Source: Camelus dromedarius
Lineage: Eukaryota
DNA length: 64,000 bases
Direction of reading: 5' to 3'
Assembly (NCBI RefSeq): GCF_036321535.1
Contig: NC_087437.1
Coordinates: 91,328,001-91,392,000 of the forward strand
This document shows positions 1 through 13,406 of the stretch, one piece after another; the first letter of the stretch is position 1, and every line of letters starts with the position of its first letter. Under the pieces are notes generated by a model. It did not search any database. It was not told the DNA's origin and was given only the letters and a program-made list of their open reading frames with translations. A program made the translations under genes and the position numbers.

Positions 1-1254
1 ACTTCTTTAAGTGATGTTTAGATCTGTGAAACTATACATTTCCACACAGCAGGACAAAGCTCATCTTTCTCCATGATTTCCTTCACTATAATTAAAATAA
101 TTACTGCTCCGGGTTTTGTTTTCCTTTGTTTTTGTAACTGACATCAGTGCAAACCATAAGATTTAAGTAACTCCTATAATATGCTCACAAGCCTCAAAAT
201 TTTCAAGATTTATCATTTCAAAGAAGTTAAGGTCATGAACCATTGACATTTGATTCAGATATAAAGAGACCTATGTACTATTTGAAAGTCTATTTCAGGT
301 TTATCGATGTGAAATTTTCTGTATACTGCAACCATTTGGTTTCATCAGGGAAAGCCTTGCATTCACCAAGAAAAATATTTTTTGGTAGCTTGATTCTTTT
401 AAAAGACTAACATCTATAAGGGCAACACAGAATAGTGACAAAAACTCAGGACAATAAAAAGAGATGATTGTTTTATTCTTTTTTTCTTCACTTCTTGTTT
501 TACTTTGAACACATCATTCAAATATAATAAAGCTCTACTGATTTTTCTAAAAAATGCAGAACATACAATTTTTCAAAATTTCCTGTACAGGAAGTGATAT
601 ATAAATCATATATTAATATATGTAGTATATTTATTATTTCCACTAATCAGTCCCCTTGACCTCAAACCATCCCCTTCAGAAAACTTTTTGGACTAGTATT
701 TGAAAATTAGAGGAGTGATAAAAGCACATCATTTTATTCAATGATAGTAATATGTGAATTTCTGAAATTTTGACTTTTTTCTTTAGTTTTCTATATTTAA
801 ATGCATGAATAAGTATACAGTTTGCTAAAGTTATTTTGAAGTGGAGACAGAAATTGATGTGTGGGTTGTAAGTTTATCTACAGGTTAAATATTTTAGGTA
901 TATCTGCCTTTGGTCAATCATAGATACTCTGCAATTGGTAATGCCTCCTGAGGTGTCCAAAGTAGGCAAGTGAAATAAAATGCTACAGGGAACTGTAATA
1001 ATCTCTGCTCAGGAGGGTTCTCTTTGTTTTCAGGGGTAGGCAAGGTTTATGATTCTGTCAATGGAAATTTATTATGTAGTTAATAAGGATAAATAAGCAA
1101 TTTATCAAATTGGTGGAATTTATTTTACCATTAAGGCCAATTTTCAGTAGTCTCAAGTCTGAATTGTTTTTAAATTCAGGAAACGTCTTTTGTCACCTCA
1201 CAGATGTGTATTTATATCATTTCACTTGACTGTTGTGTGCTTCTCTGCATTCCT

Positions 1255-1345
1255 AACTACCCAACTGGAGCATGAGCTCACTGAGGGCAAGTCTTAATTT
1301 TTCACACTTATAAGGATCTTGACAAATATTTAGAACTCAGAAAAT
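1255..1345 (+). mobile_element. L2 LINE 3' end fragment
   Basis: ctggagcatgagctcactgagggcaag resembles the L2 3' terminal motif (ctagactgtgagctccttgagggcagg); highly diverged. Confidence 0.5.
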
Positions 1346-1439
1346 AGGAAAAGAAATAGGAAAGAAATTAAAGAAATAGGAAAGAAGATAATAAATTTCG
1401 GATGACCTAGTAAAAGTCCCTGAAGATTCTTATGGAACA

Positions 1440-1720
1440 AAGAGAACAAGTTTTCATGGATGGAAAGAGAGCAGACTTTTTAGAAATGGATTGTTAACAC
1501 TGTCGAATTCTGCAGTCTAAGTACAGTGATAAAATAGCTATCAAATTTGGCAATTTGGAGATCATTGTTAACCTTTTAGAAAACAATTTCATCAGGAATG
1601 GGTTTTAAAGTAAAAGAACAATGGCTTGAGAAGAACTGAAAAGGCAGAAGGGAAGCAGCAATTGCGGATGCTTTTTTTTAATTTTATTTTGCAGAGTTAC
1701 AGGTGAAGAGAGGTTAAAAA
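1440..1720 (-). mobile_element. L2 LINE internal fragment
   Basis: tttggcaatttggagatcattgttaacctt matches the recalled antisense L2 motif (tttagcaacgtggaggtcattggtgacctt). Confidence 0.6.
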
Positions 1721-2107
1721 ATAGAGTCAGAGTGGAGGAAATAAAGCAATAATAGTGGGAGTCTGGGGACACAAGGCCAGCAGAGAAAGGTACTTAGTAG
1801 TGTATTTAAGAATACAATCTGCTTTAGATGGAGCCTGCCTATAGTTGATATTAATGTCCAATGAATTGTGTTCTGTGATTATATGAGTGTTTTTCACTTA
1901 CATTTTCTCAGAGGTCCTAACATTTCCACCAATTCCCTAAAGGCTAATTGTTCTTTCTTTTCTTCCCTATAAGTCTTCTCTATGGCTTGCACATTATTAT
2001 ACTGTTTCTCTCTTCTCTGGGCCTTTACTATAAGAAGCTTTTATTCATATTGTGAAATTCAATGTATAATAGTTCCATGAAGGAATGTCCTTTATAAATG
2101 AATTAAA

Positions 2108-2279
2108 TTGGGGTCAGCAAATATGCATGCTACTATTGCTATATCTGGAGTACATGGCAGGCATTGCTAATTGATCTGTGTACTTTTTGTGTTAATTACT
2201 AAAATGGCTTAAACAAAGAATCTTAGTGAGCTGATCCCAATCAACCAAGCATACAAATATGACACTTTTGCCATTCCTG
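2108..2279. mobile_element. hAT-family non-autonomous DNA transposon (MER102-like)
   Basis: Degenerate terminal inverted repeats ggggtcagcaaa ... tttgccattcctg; internal catggcaggcattgctaattgatc motif. Confidence 0.55.
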
Positions 2280-2849
2280 AGATAGCAGTCTTGGTTAACT
2301 TAGGGTCATATTTTAACCTGCCACTTCGCAAAGAAAAACTTTATCTTAAGAAGAGTTCATTTTTGAATCCTAGATAGTTATACTGAGGGTTTATCCTTTT
2401 AGTCACAGAGATAATACATACTCATTTATTTCTTACATTTCCAGCAAGTTTATTAATTTCACTATGCTAGATACTCTGAGGGATCCAAAGGTACATATAA
2501 AGGTACTTTTTGCTTTTGTGTAGTCAATTTGCAAAACAGTATAAAATGTGCTAGCAATATAGAACTCATGCATATTATAGATTTAGATGGGTAACTTAAA
2601 ACTTACCAATATTTAATTCATAAAGACAGATGCATACATACTCCCATACACATATAACACACACAGTTAGACAGCTGAGGAGGAAGAATCCATTCATTTT
2701 GGAAACACTAAAATATTCAACCTTTTTTTTCCTAGTAAGTGAACTTCTAAATGCTAGCCCATTATTAGACTTTGAAAAGGAGAATGAAAAAAATAAGCAC
2801 TTTATTTCTGGTTTCTTTATACTGTGTAAGTTCACAAGGTGATATATAC

Positions 2850-2990
2850 ATTTTTATTCTAAGTATAGTTGATTTCCAATGTTATATTAGTTTCAGGTGT
2901 ACAAGATAGTGATTCAATATTTTTATAGATTATACTCCATTTAAAGTTATTATAAACTATTGACTACATTCCCTCTGCTGTACAATTCTA
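2850..2990 (-). mobile_element. Short L1 3' UTR end (cetartiodactyl L1_Art-like)
   Basis: tttttattctaagtatagttgatttccaatgttatattagtttcaggtgtaca...gtgattca is a typical antisense L1 3' terminus. Confidence 0.75.
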
Positions 2991-4774
2991 TTTCTGCTCT
3001 ACTTTCCATTTGTGTTTCTCTTGTCTTCAGTCAGAATTTCAACTAGAAGTTAAATAAAAATTTGGGACTTTGTCCACATAGCTTAGGAAATCAGAGGGAG
3101 GATAGGAAGAGAGAGTGATTGAGAGAGAGATTGAAAAAAATGCATGATAAATAGCTACATATCATATTCCAAAAGGCGAGTTGATCTGTTAGAGCACAGA
3201 GGTCACGTCTGGGTAAGTACTGATAACTCATGCCTGTTAAAGTGCCCCCGTGAACACAGCTTGAAGATGTGTATTGTTATCCTACGCTTCTGTTGGGCTT
3301 CTCAGACACCGTATAAATAGTTAATGCCAGTGTGTAACAAGCATCCCTTGTCAATGAGGGCTGAGCAGTTCTACAGGTTCCAAATTTCAGCTTCAGGATT
3401 AGGAATCTTTAGCCACTTACTTGGATATAATACTTTATGATTATATATTTATACTTATTCATGAAAACCCTACCTTCAACCTCTAGCCATCTCTGAGTTT
3501 TTATTCCTTCATCCCTAGATCCAATCTTCTATGTAAATTTACTTTTCCTTTTTAAAATATCTTTCATGAGTACTTTTTCCTTTCTATTCACTTTAATATC
3601 TCACTGCCTAGAACTATATGACAGGAAACTGTAATAATTTCTCTGGTGGTCACTCTATCCACCTTCTCCCACTCTCTCCCACACATTTAGATAGAGAAAT
3701 GTCCCAGTTTTACTTAATCATTAACTGAAAATATAAGCAAGGCCATTTCTTTGTTTCTCATGATCCTATCATGTGCAGATTCCCAAGGAATCTAAGAAAG
3801 AGTGATATGCTCCAGTATATATCTACAAATATACCTTCTATTTCTTTGTGATATGAATCCTTCACTTTGAACAAGCAATTTATTCTTTGAAGAGTCTCTC
3901 ACAATTTTTCTTAATGCTTTGCAGACTCTGCTGTCTCCTGACTGTGTGATTTAGAATGTCACACCTCTTTCTCTTCAAAGTCCCTATAAATGCCCTTTCT
4001 CCAGATAAGGTGTGGAATGGTGTGTCATCACTCAGACCAGAAGTTTCCAGTGGGTGGGAGGTATGGGTGAATTTCATACTACATATTTTTCTGTGAGTTA
4101 TATTTTCTTCAATAAAGGTAACTGGCTGATCCCTCTCTCTACAACATTAAATATGAAAACATTTAATATATTATAATGTCTTAGCAATGCTCATAAAATG
4201 GAACTGGCCAGATAAATTATGGTGAGTCAAAAAATTTATTGATAGCCATTGGAATAGCATATTTATGGAGAACAACATATCTTACACTTAGATCCCTTTA
4301 TACCTGGCATAACATATTTTATTAAAAGAGGTGTAAGTAGTAGTAATATATTAGAAATACCACCCAAGGAATCAATATACACTCTATGTTCAGATAATGT
4401 CTAAATGTGTGCTTTTAAAAATTGATATATTTTATGATTTTAAGAATTGATGATAATTATGACTTGCCACTATACAAAGAATTTATATAATGTTAATAAG
4501 ATAGGCTGTTTTAAAATTAGTTCATGGGTTCAGGATTGATTAATTATTCAAGACTGTTATGAACTATTAAGATTCTGTGACAAAATAGTCCTTAATGCAA
4601 AGATAGTTTTAGATCACTAGTGAGGTTTATAAAAGAAGTATAAATAATTCTTGCTAAATTTATTATTAATAGAAAATACACCTATGACTATTAAGTTCAT
4701 CTGAAAACAGAAAGGATAATAATAAATGAGTAGAAATGTTGTTTTCAAGGAATTTGAAGAGATTCACTCCCTAC

Positions 4775-5310
4775 TTTATTCCAGGCACAGGGAAAAGACA
4801 GTGTAAAGTGTAAGCTGGAGGCATGCCTGCTTTGATTGAAGAAGAGCAAAGAGACCAACATGCTTTAGAAGAGTGATGGTGAGGTTGCTTAATGAGAGAT
4901 GAGTTCCAAGAGTTTATAGATCAAGTAGGCCATTTTAGAGATTTGACTTTTATGAAGAAACTTTTGTAGGGTTGATCTGATCTAACTTGACATTTTAATA
5001 GTATCATTCTGGCAACTGTGTGGAAAATAGACTGGGGTCAAAGGTGGAAGCTAGGAGATCAGCCACAAAGATACTACAATAATCCAGGTGAGAGATGATG
5101 GTGTCACAGAATGAATTGTTAGCAGTGATGATGATGGGTACTGGTTGGAAAAATAGCATGTCCTGACAGAATTTACAGATAGAGTATGATGGAAAGAGAA
5201 GTGTCAGGATTGACTACAAAAGTTTTAATGATAGAATCTGAGAGGAGCTGAATGACCATTAATTGAGATGGGGAGGATTTCAAAGGAAGAGTTTGAGGCA
5301 GTATTCAGGG
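4775..5310 (-). mobile_element. L2 (L2a-like) LINE fragment
   Basis: ttccaggcacagggaa..., atcattctggcaactgtgtggaaaatagactgg and aataatccaggtgagagatgatggtg are hallmark antisense L2 motifs. Confidence 0.85.
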
Positions 5311-5369
5311 TTTCTATTAATACAAGGAAGATAGAGATAATGGATACTGAGAGGCAATTAACCACAAAA

Positions 5370-6070
5370 TTGTAATGATAATTTGGGAGAAATAATTTGT
5401 TACACATGTGGCAGATAAAGGGCTAATTCAAAAAGAGTTCATACAAATGAATAAGACAAAAAATTCTGTTACTCAGTCAAAATCTGTGCAAATGACATCA
5501 ATATACAATTCACAGAACCAGGAAAGTAAATGGTAAAAAATGTTAAAAATTTATTTTAAAGACTGTTGTGTAGATGTATTGTAAAAGGAAGAAAATGCTT
5601 GCCTAATTTTCATTATGGGGGGTGTGTGTGTGTATGTGTGTATTAATGATTATAGCCAATGCCGGGAGAACATGATGAAATGAAAGGAGCACACTTATAT
5701 CCTCTAAGGATATTGAGGATGTAAGTTCATTTAACCATCTTTTATTAACTAAGAGACTTGAAACATTAACTTTTACCCAGAAATTTCAATAAGAATCCAA
5801 AATAGAGGGAAAAATTAAGAAAATGAATGTTATCATAATTTCTTTATAATAATGAGAAAAAGGAGAACAATATAAAGCCCAACAATAGAGATTGCATTAA
5901 TTTAAAACAGCCAAAGATATGTACAGTGTAATGTTATATATATTCTCTGACTTGATTCACCTTTAAATAGCATAATTCTGTGTAATTTGTTTCCCTTTAT
6001 ATGTTTAAGTATTTTTCATATACTTTTTAATAATAAACAACTTTTATTTTTATAATCAGAAGATAAAACA
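5370..6070 (+). mobile_element. Old L1M (L1ME-like) ORF2 end/3' UTR relic
   Basis: tgggagaaataatttg...gataaagggctaattc...acaaatgaataag resembles the L1 ORF2 C-terminal region; very decayed. Confidence 0.55.
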
Positions 6071-6222
6071 AAGTAATATTAAATGCATCAGATTATTATT
6101 ACACAATAATGTAATACATCTATGAAGAAGTATAATAAATATATTTATAAATCTTAGCATTAAAAATGTTCATACCAAAAGAAACAAAACCATATAAACC
6201 AAGCTGTCTGTCTGTCTTCCTA

Positions 6223-6870
6223 CATTCTATCCTCATTATCTGAGGATTCCATATTTGTGAATTTGTTTCACTCACTAAAATGTAAATCCCACATCAACAT
6301 TCATGTCGTTTTCCCACTCATTCTCAGATATTTTGCTAAGACCTGCAAAAAATCTGAGTCACCAATGCACAAGCTTCTGGCCAATAGAAAAAGCAACCCT
6401 CTGCGTTCTTTCAGCTGTCCCATGCAAAACAGTTGTCTTTTTCACAACCTGTTTGGTAACACATATCTTGGACTTTTGTGCTTTTGTTAATGACTTTGCT
6501 ATTTAAAATGGACCCCAAGCATAGTACTGCAGTGTTATCGAGTGTTCCTGGTGGAAGAAGGCTGTTATGTGCCTTACAAAGGAAATACACATCTTCTATA
6601 AGCTGTGTTCAGATATGAGTAGTAGTGCTGCTGGCCTTGAGTTTAATGCTGATGAATCAACATTATACACTAAATATAAAGTATCTTTCAAAGGCAACAG
6701 GCCTAAAACAAGTTATCTACTCATAAGCTGATGAAAATGTTGTGAGCAAATGTTCACAGGAACCTAACCCTGTATTTCTTCTGGGAGTGGTTCTTTAGTA
6801 TTTGCTAAATCAAGTCTGTGGTAATTTTCTTATAGAACATAACGACTTGCAAGTAACAAGAAATGATGAT
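6223..6870. mobile_element. TcMar-Tigger non-autonomous DNA transposon (MER82-like), near full length
   Basis: TA precedes the element; collinear recalled motifs ggattccatatttgtgaattt, tttaaaatggaccccaagcatagt, aagaaggctgttatgtgccttac and caggaacctaaccctgtatttc. Confidence 0.8.
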
Positions 6871-9379
6871 ACCTATTTGGCTGTCTATCTGCTACCTGAA
6901 TTTCCTAACGACAGAAAGGTTTTGTGAATCATTGGAAACTTCAGGCGTTTTTCAATAAATGCTATTGGAGTAACAACTTGATGACAAGATGGGAGCAATC
7001 AGATGTGACCTTATGCTTTTTTATGTATGCACATTTACAAGCGTTTTTACACTGGAGACTACCTTGATGGATTAGGAGCCAGTATGATTTCCATGAAGAG
7101 ATACCAGTTTTCTTGAAGGGACCATTATGAAGAGTAACAGGAAACAGGAACTTTCTGCCACAGGTGAAGAACATACATATGAATGTCTAGCCTGGGATGT
7201 GCAGCCAGCCCTTAGTGTACTGCAGCCTTTGCCATCATTGTTCCTGTTTTGATAAATAAAAAAGCCTGCCTGGAGTCCCTGGTACATTTGTGCTTCAGAT
7301 TCTGGAAAACTGTCTTCTGGAATGGGACAGCCCAGATTATGTGGAAAAATAAACAAATACACAACCAACTTAGATACTGAATTCTAAATGCAGTTACTTT
7401 CATTTGTAAAACTGCCACTTTCATAAGCTCTGAGTATCCATATTGTAAAATTACTTTGAATTGAATATGCAGAAGAAAAATTTTGATAAGTTTGCAATGT
7501 GATAAAGTCTTTGAACTAATATATATGATAGAAATTAAACTCTATGGAGTGAAAAGTGTATTGACACAGGGAAGATTAATTTGTATATTGTATGAATTAC
7601 TGAATGTTCTGATTTATATTATTAGAATAGTCCTATAGAGAAAAGAAAGCTAATCTGATCCAAATTGGCATTTTTTTAATTGTAATTCAGTTTGGTTTGA
7701 AGAACTGAATTAAGCCTAAAGACCAACAAACATAACCACATCAGATCACACAATCAATTGATGATGTTGGTTTGTTGTTTCTTATGAATTTGCCTTAATT
7801 TTCTTTGCTTATTTTCCAGCATTCGTAATTTATCTGGAACTTAAAACTTCATTAACATATGGTACTAATATTTAGTTTCCTAAAGATAATAAAGCCATCC
7901 CTTCTGGGTTCATTTATCCCATTTAAAAAGTTACTGAGAGGATGGGAAAAAAATATCTAAAGTGGTATTCTATAAAACATTGCTTTTATTTTAAGATGTC
8001 CATTCTAATAAAATGTAATAAAAATGCCTGTACTTTTAAAATCAGATAATAGACAGCCTAAGGGACTGTGAGGAAGAATTAATGCTCAGGTTTCCAAAAC
8101 AGGAGTCCAAGGACATGGTTTTTTATTCTCATCTTTTCAACTCTGAAAAAAAAAAAAAAAAGAAAGAAAGAAACTTGGCTCTCTGGCCAAGAAAAAAGAC
8201 TTCATTCAGATTATGCCACAATTTATTTGAAGAAATGAAAATCTTTTATTAATTTACAATTATTACTCAAAACAATAATTGTATTGAGCACAAGCAGAGT
8301 GCAAAAAAAACAATAGCTTTGTATAAAACAAAGTTAGTAATGCCCCCTCAATCGGTAAGACTGTAATACAAGAAAATAAATGAAATGCTGCTTTCTTCTA
8401 AACAACAAATGTCACTGTAATCCATATAGGTTTTTAATAGTACACTGAAATGACACATTGCCTTGGTGTTCTTACAAAGGAATTTGAAAAGTCAAAATAA
8501 TCTTTCTGAATACCTACTTTTCTTTTTAAATTCAGAAATAAAAGGAACTGTTTAAAACAGATTATTTAACTGCATGTTGTTCAGGGTGAGGTTACAAAGA
8601 AGACAGTATAAAACTATTGAATAAATGTTTAATCAGCCTTGGAAATTAGAGAAATGTGCAAGCCTGTTTTGTGGACCAAAAAGGTCAAATTACGAACAAA
8701 AGCACATTTTCTTTTTTTGGTGCTTCAGAACTATAACATGACTTTTATTTCAATTTTTGGAAACAAAAATAATAATAATACAGTAAGTTTTTTCAAATAC
8801 CTAATGTCAAGTTAAAATCCCAATGCTGCAAGACCCCACTGTTAAGCTGTGAGAGTGGACTGCCTATAATTATTTCCACCATTTAGCTCTCTGAGGCTTG
8901 CCTTCCTTGAATCACACGCAAGGAGATAAGGATTTAACTCGATCGCCTTTTGCAGTATCAAGTGAAACTGTATTTCCCACACATACAGTTGGAAAGCAGG
9001 GAATTGAAAACTTTCATCTCAATCTAATATGACTGTACTTGTGGAAAATGAGGTCCAAGAACAGGTCAATGCTAGTATTATTTTGTTCATTTTTCTTAAA
9101 GGAGATTCATATGATTTCTTTCGTAATGTAAAATTTGTCGAAGGTTTTGAAATTGTGCATGGCTTTCCGACAGCCTAAACTACCTTTTCCTAGGATAAAT
9201 AATCTTGTTTTCAGTATTCCTACTGAATATTTCAGAAAGAATCTGAAAGCAGGATATAAAAATAAGAAGAAAATATGCTACTTTATCTACAATTGTAAAG
9301 AAATTTTGGAGTGATCATAAATTCAAATTACAGTGTTAATGTATGAGGGAAAAGTACTTGCCAATGTGAGTGACAAAAA

Positions 9380-9800
9380 ATCTTGATGAACAGTAGTTTA
9401 ACCAAGTTCAGAGTTAGACAACTGGGGCATTGAATGAGTTGCTCTCAACAAACATCTTCATCTTTCCACTTCACTGTATCCAGAGTATAGGGTGCGTCCT
9501 CATACTTGTGTTTTCATGGTTGAAAGATGATTGCTTCAGTTCCAATCATCTCATCCAAAATTGATACTAACAGAAAGGGGAAGGGAAGAGAGAACATGTT
9601 TCTTTGTTTTGTCTCTTTTTTATCAAAACAGCGAACACTTTCCTCTAAACTACTCCTTTCCAGTAGATAAATATTTATAGGTTATTGGTAAATACGCTGT
9701 CAGATGGTTGAAAGAGAAGCTGTGAATCTGAGTAGTGAGGTTTGTCATTATATGTATTGGGGACAGAAAAATAGAGAAAGGATTTGGGCCCTTGAATAGT
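9380..9800 (-). mobile_element. Old MaLR LTR (MLT1J/K/L-like)
   Basis: tcatggttgaaagatgattgcttcagttccaatcatctcatcc resembles old MLT1 (tcatggtcgcaagatggctgccgcagctcca). Confidence 0.55.
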
Positions 9801-11794
9801 CAGTGTGTGTTACAGTTAATTTTGAGAGTTTGAGTTTTCTCAGATATGTCTAGAAAAGAAAAAAATAACCACTCAGTAACCTTGCTGTTACAAGTCTTTC
9901 AGTGTGATATTCCACTGTACTAAATGATCTTGAATTTGTTCCATTTTGATCAATAGGTGTGATTCAGATGGATTATTTTAGTCCAGTAATTCTGAATTGA
10001 ATGATACAATAATATACTCAAATTCTCATTTATTCTAGTTTTTTTTAATCAAATACTATGTGCCCAATTATATCATAGATACCATAGTTTATTTGAAGAA
10101 CCATTGACTTTCAACCTTCAACTTCAACAGAGAGATTTTTACATGAATGAGAAATAAAACTACTGTGTATATAAAATAATACATTTATTGAAGTTATGAT
10201 AAGATGGAGAAACAAGAAAATACAATATAACTAATAACTACTATGGAATTCTAAAATGATAGAAGCAAATATTTATCAATATGATTGTGACAAGCTGTAA
10301 AGATCAGGAAGTATTTGTGGAGAGAGTGGGGATGGTGGCTGGGTATTGTGTGATTCCACAGTTGATTTTGTAGCACAGGGTTCACACTGCCTTAGCAAAC
10401 AGTTTAAATTTGGCAAACGAGAGGAGGATGCTCATCCAAATCATCTGTAGGGATTTTCAGGGTATTTTATCCTCTCTTTCTGAGTTGAGATTCACTGTTT
10501 AAATGAGATGTTATTTAGTGTGTGAGCTTGGCCACCTTTCAAGTCTGTCCAGGAATAAAGCAATAATTACTTTTCTAGGTCATGGGAAATACTGATGTTT
10601 TGCAACAACAGCAGTCTTTTTAAGGGTTAGAATAGAGATTGAAGTACTCTCTTAACAAGTAGATATATACAGAGGCATGATGAACATATGGGAAATAACG
10701 GAGATAATTCCAGATTAAATGAATGTCTATCTGATACAGTTTTTGAAAATTGAAAAAGAAGTGAAACACTAGAAATCTTTTCATATAACTGCATTTTAGG
10801 ATTTTTACAATGTGGTGGTATTTGGGCTTTACTATTAGGCATTCTGTAGTAGAAACTTTAAAAAAGGTTTTAAACTGTTTTAAATGGCAAACCCATTTCT
10901 TGGACTGGTTTCGTTACTGTTCTGTAAAAATTGGGGTGTAATTACAGATACATATACCTTTTTTCTTTCATGAATCAGATGTCTCTTCAAACCACAATCA
11001 TCTCCAGAATCCAAATGGCACATCAACTAGAATTTAATAGTTCCTATTTTTAAAAATTAGTAGATGATAGTCAGATAGTAGAAATAATAGAAGTCAATAA
11101 TGGCTTTTAGTTCTGTATCAAAATTTAGATACTTTCTACCACACATTGCATATCTTGTGAATAACTGTGACAGACTTGACTGTGAGTTTCTTCTATTATA
11201 GAATAAGCTTCCTAGATAGAATATGCAGACATTGGGTCTACTAGAAACACTCGATAATCACTGCAAAAGAATATTTCGTATGTTTAAACTTAGTCTTTTA
11301 ATTGAGTACATCCATCCAATTCTGTTTCTGAAATAAACTGAATCTCCAAATGCCTTAAAAAACAGAAACCTACTTTTTCTGTTGGTAATTGTAAAATAGG
11401 TAATTCTAGTGATTCTGCCTTTTAGAAACTTGATAAATTATAGTTATGAAAAAACAAAACAAAGCACAACCTTTTGACACTTGTGTTTTCATCTTAACTC
11501 TAAATAAATAAAAGGCAAGGGATTAATTACTTAAAGGCAGGATTTAAATCAGTAGGAAGAGAATAGGTTTTAACAAATATGTTAAATTATGGCCATGCAA
11601 AATAAGAAAAAAAACTATTGAATGTAAAAATTTTTGGTGTATTTATTCTAAGGCATTTCAGTTCAATTCTGTGCTTAGCAACTAGGGATCTTTTTCATTG
11701 CATAGCTAAGCAAAGCATGGGAAACAAAACATAGGGGAAAAAAAAGTTTGGGAAAATTCCTACCTTGTATTTAGCTTGGTAGAATGAATGGATA

Positions 11795-11920
11795 GTCATC
11801 CAACATATATATTTTTATTCTAGGTGCTGTTTATGTATAAGTAAACATTCTAGGTGTTGGGGATGTAGAAGGGAATAAAATAGAAGTTCTTGTGCTGAAC
11901 AAGTTTCCAATCTGAACAGG
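11795..11920 (-). mobile_element. L2 3' end fragment
   Basis: cattctaggtgttggggatgtagaagggaataaaa resembles the antisense L2 3' end. Confidence 0.55.
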
Positions 11921-12349
11921 GTAATTTGATTAGACAGTTTTTTGCCTTCCTACAGCAAATGAGAAGGCTATAGTCCCATTCAATTTGACTGAAAGGATTA
12001 CTTCTACTGAGGCCAACATTTAGAATAAGTTCCTTTTTGGGTAAAAATTAATAATAATAGATTCCTGTGTAACGATATTAAACAGTTTCCCTGACTGCAG
12101 CAGCTAGGGATATGTGATTGGGTAAGAATTTTATATGCTTTCCTTAAGTAGTCCATCTTATTCACTAACTTCTGGTTTCCAGACATTTGTGGTTAGAAGT
12201 GTAGAGATGTTATACTGGAACACATTCATTCACTCATTTAATCATTAGCTTGTTCAGACTTTCAACAAGTTTTTAAGAAGTGGCCAGTAGATGCCAGTGA
12301 GCATTCATCAAAAAGAAACCAATCCTTTTGTGAGACTTCATGCAAAAAG

Positions 12350-12570
12350 TCAGGTGTTGTTTGGAGTCAGATATAGTGGGTTCAAGCCACAGATCCACAG
12401 TTTACAAGCTGGTATATATAATTCAGGGTAAACTAGCTAATGTTAGGTGTTAGCTAGTTTTCTCAAATCTGTTCTATATTATATTCACAAAATTATTAGA
12501 AGCCTTAAATGATTAAAGGTCTGCAGAGTGTGTGACCGAACTCTTACTATATGATAGGTTTTCAAGAAAG
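12350..12570 (+). mobile_element. MIR SINE
   Basis: tttggagtcagatatagtgggttcaagcc head; downstream tail tgataggttttcaagaaa. Confidence 0.65.
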
Positions 12571-12654
12571 GTCTGAAATAGTCCATATTGGTAAGATTTA
12601 TTTACAGAGACAATTTTATATAATGAAAAACTACTAAGGAAAAATCACATTTAA

Positions 12655-12825
12655 TTGCAGGCTCTGCTGATTGTGATGTAACTTTGGTCATGTCACTTAA
12701 AATTTCTAGTCTTAATCTCTCACCTGTTAAATAAAAAGTGTAACACCTATCTCACAAACTCATATAGTTATTGCAAGATCAACCTAGAAAAGGATGTTGA
12801 AAATGATTTACAAATAATAAAATAA
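12655..12825 (+). mobile_element. MIR SINE (core fragment)
   Basis: tgtaactttggtcatgtcacttaa...ctcacctgttaaat...cacctatctcaca core motif. Confidence 0.6.
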
Positions 12826-13204
12826 TATACAATTTTAGAAGCATTATATATTTTGTTTTTTCTCAATGCAACATTTCAACATTACATATTTCAAAGTTAA
12901 AACCATTTTTATTTATTTATTGATATTGAGTCTCCCTTTTAGTTTTTCTTCTTGTTAACTTTGTCTTAATTCACATTCTCATTCTTTTATTCTTTGTTCT
13001 ATTTCACATTGCTTTGTAATCTTTTAAATCTTTCTTCTTAAACAGGCGCATTCCTTCTAGGTATCTCCCTCTATTTCCTCAAGGAGCAGAACATACACAT
13101 ACATAATCCCATAAATGTATAATAAACCAACCAACATTCTCTTTCCTCTTCTGTCACAGGAAGTTTAAACTTCTCATACAGAGAATGATAGCTGTTCATC
13201 ACAT

Positions 13205-13393
13205 TGATAATAATGGCTAACATTTCTTGATCTCATAATGTGACAAGCAGTTTGCTAAATGCTCTTATATGCACAAATTAGTTTAATTCTCATGACAACC
13301 TTGTGAGGTTGAAATTTTGTCATTTAAATAACTTGCGTAGTAATTAGAGTCCAATTCTAGTGATTCCAGAGTAGGATGCTTGAATATTACATG
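13205..13393 (-). mobile_element. MIR SINE
   Basis: ataataatggctaacattt...gctaaatgctctta...tttaattctcatgacaaccttgtgagg. Confidence 0.75.
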
Positions 13394-13406
13394 ATACTTA
13401 TTTTTC

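Noticed and set aside
8940..8972. Loose resemblance to the U2 snRNA 5' end (atcgcctttt...atcaagtg)
   Set aside because: Too short and gapped, with no TSD or continuation.
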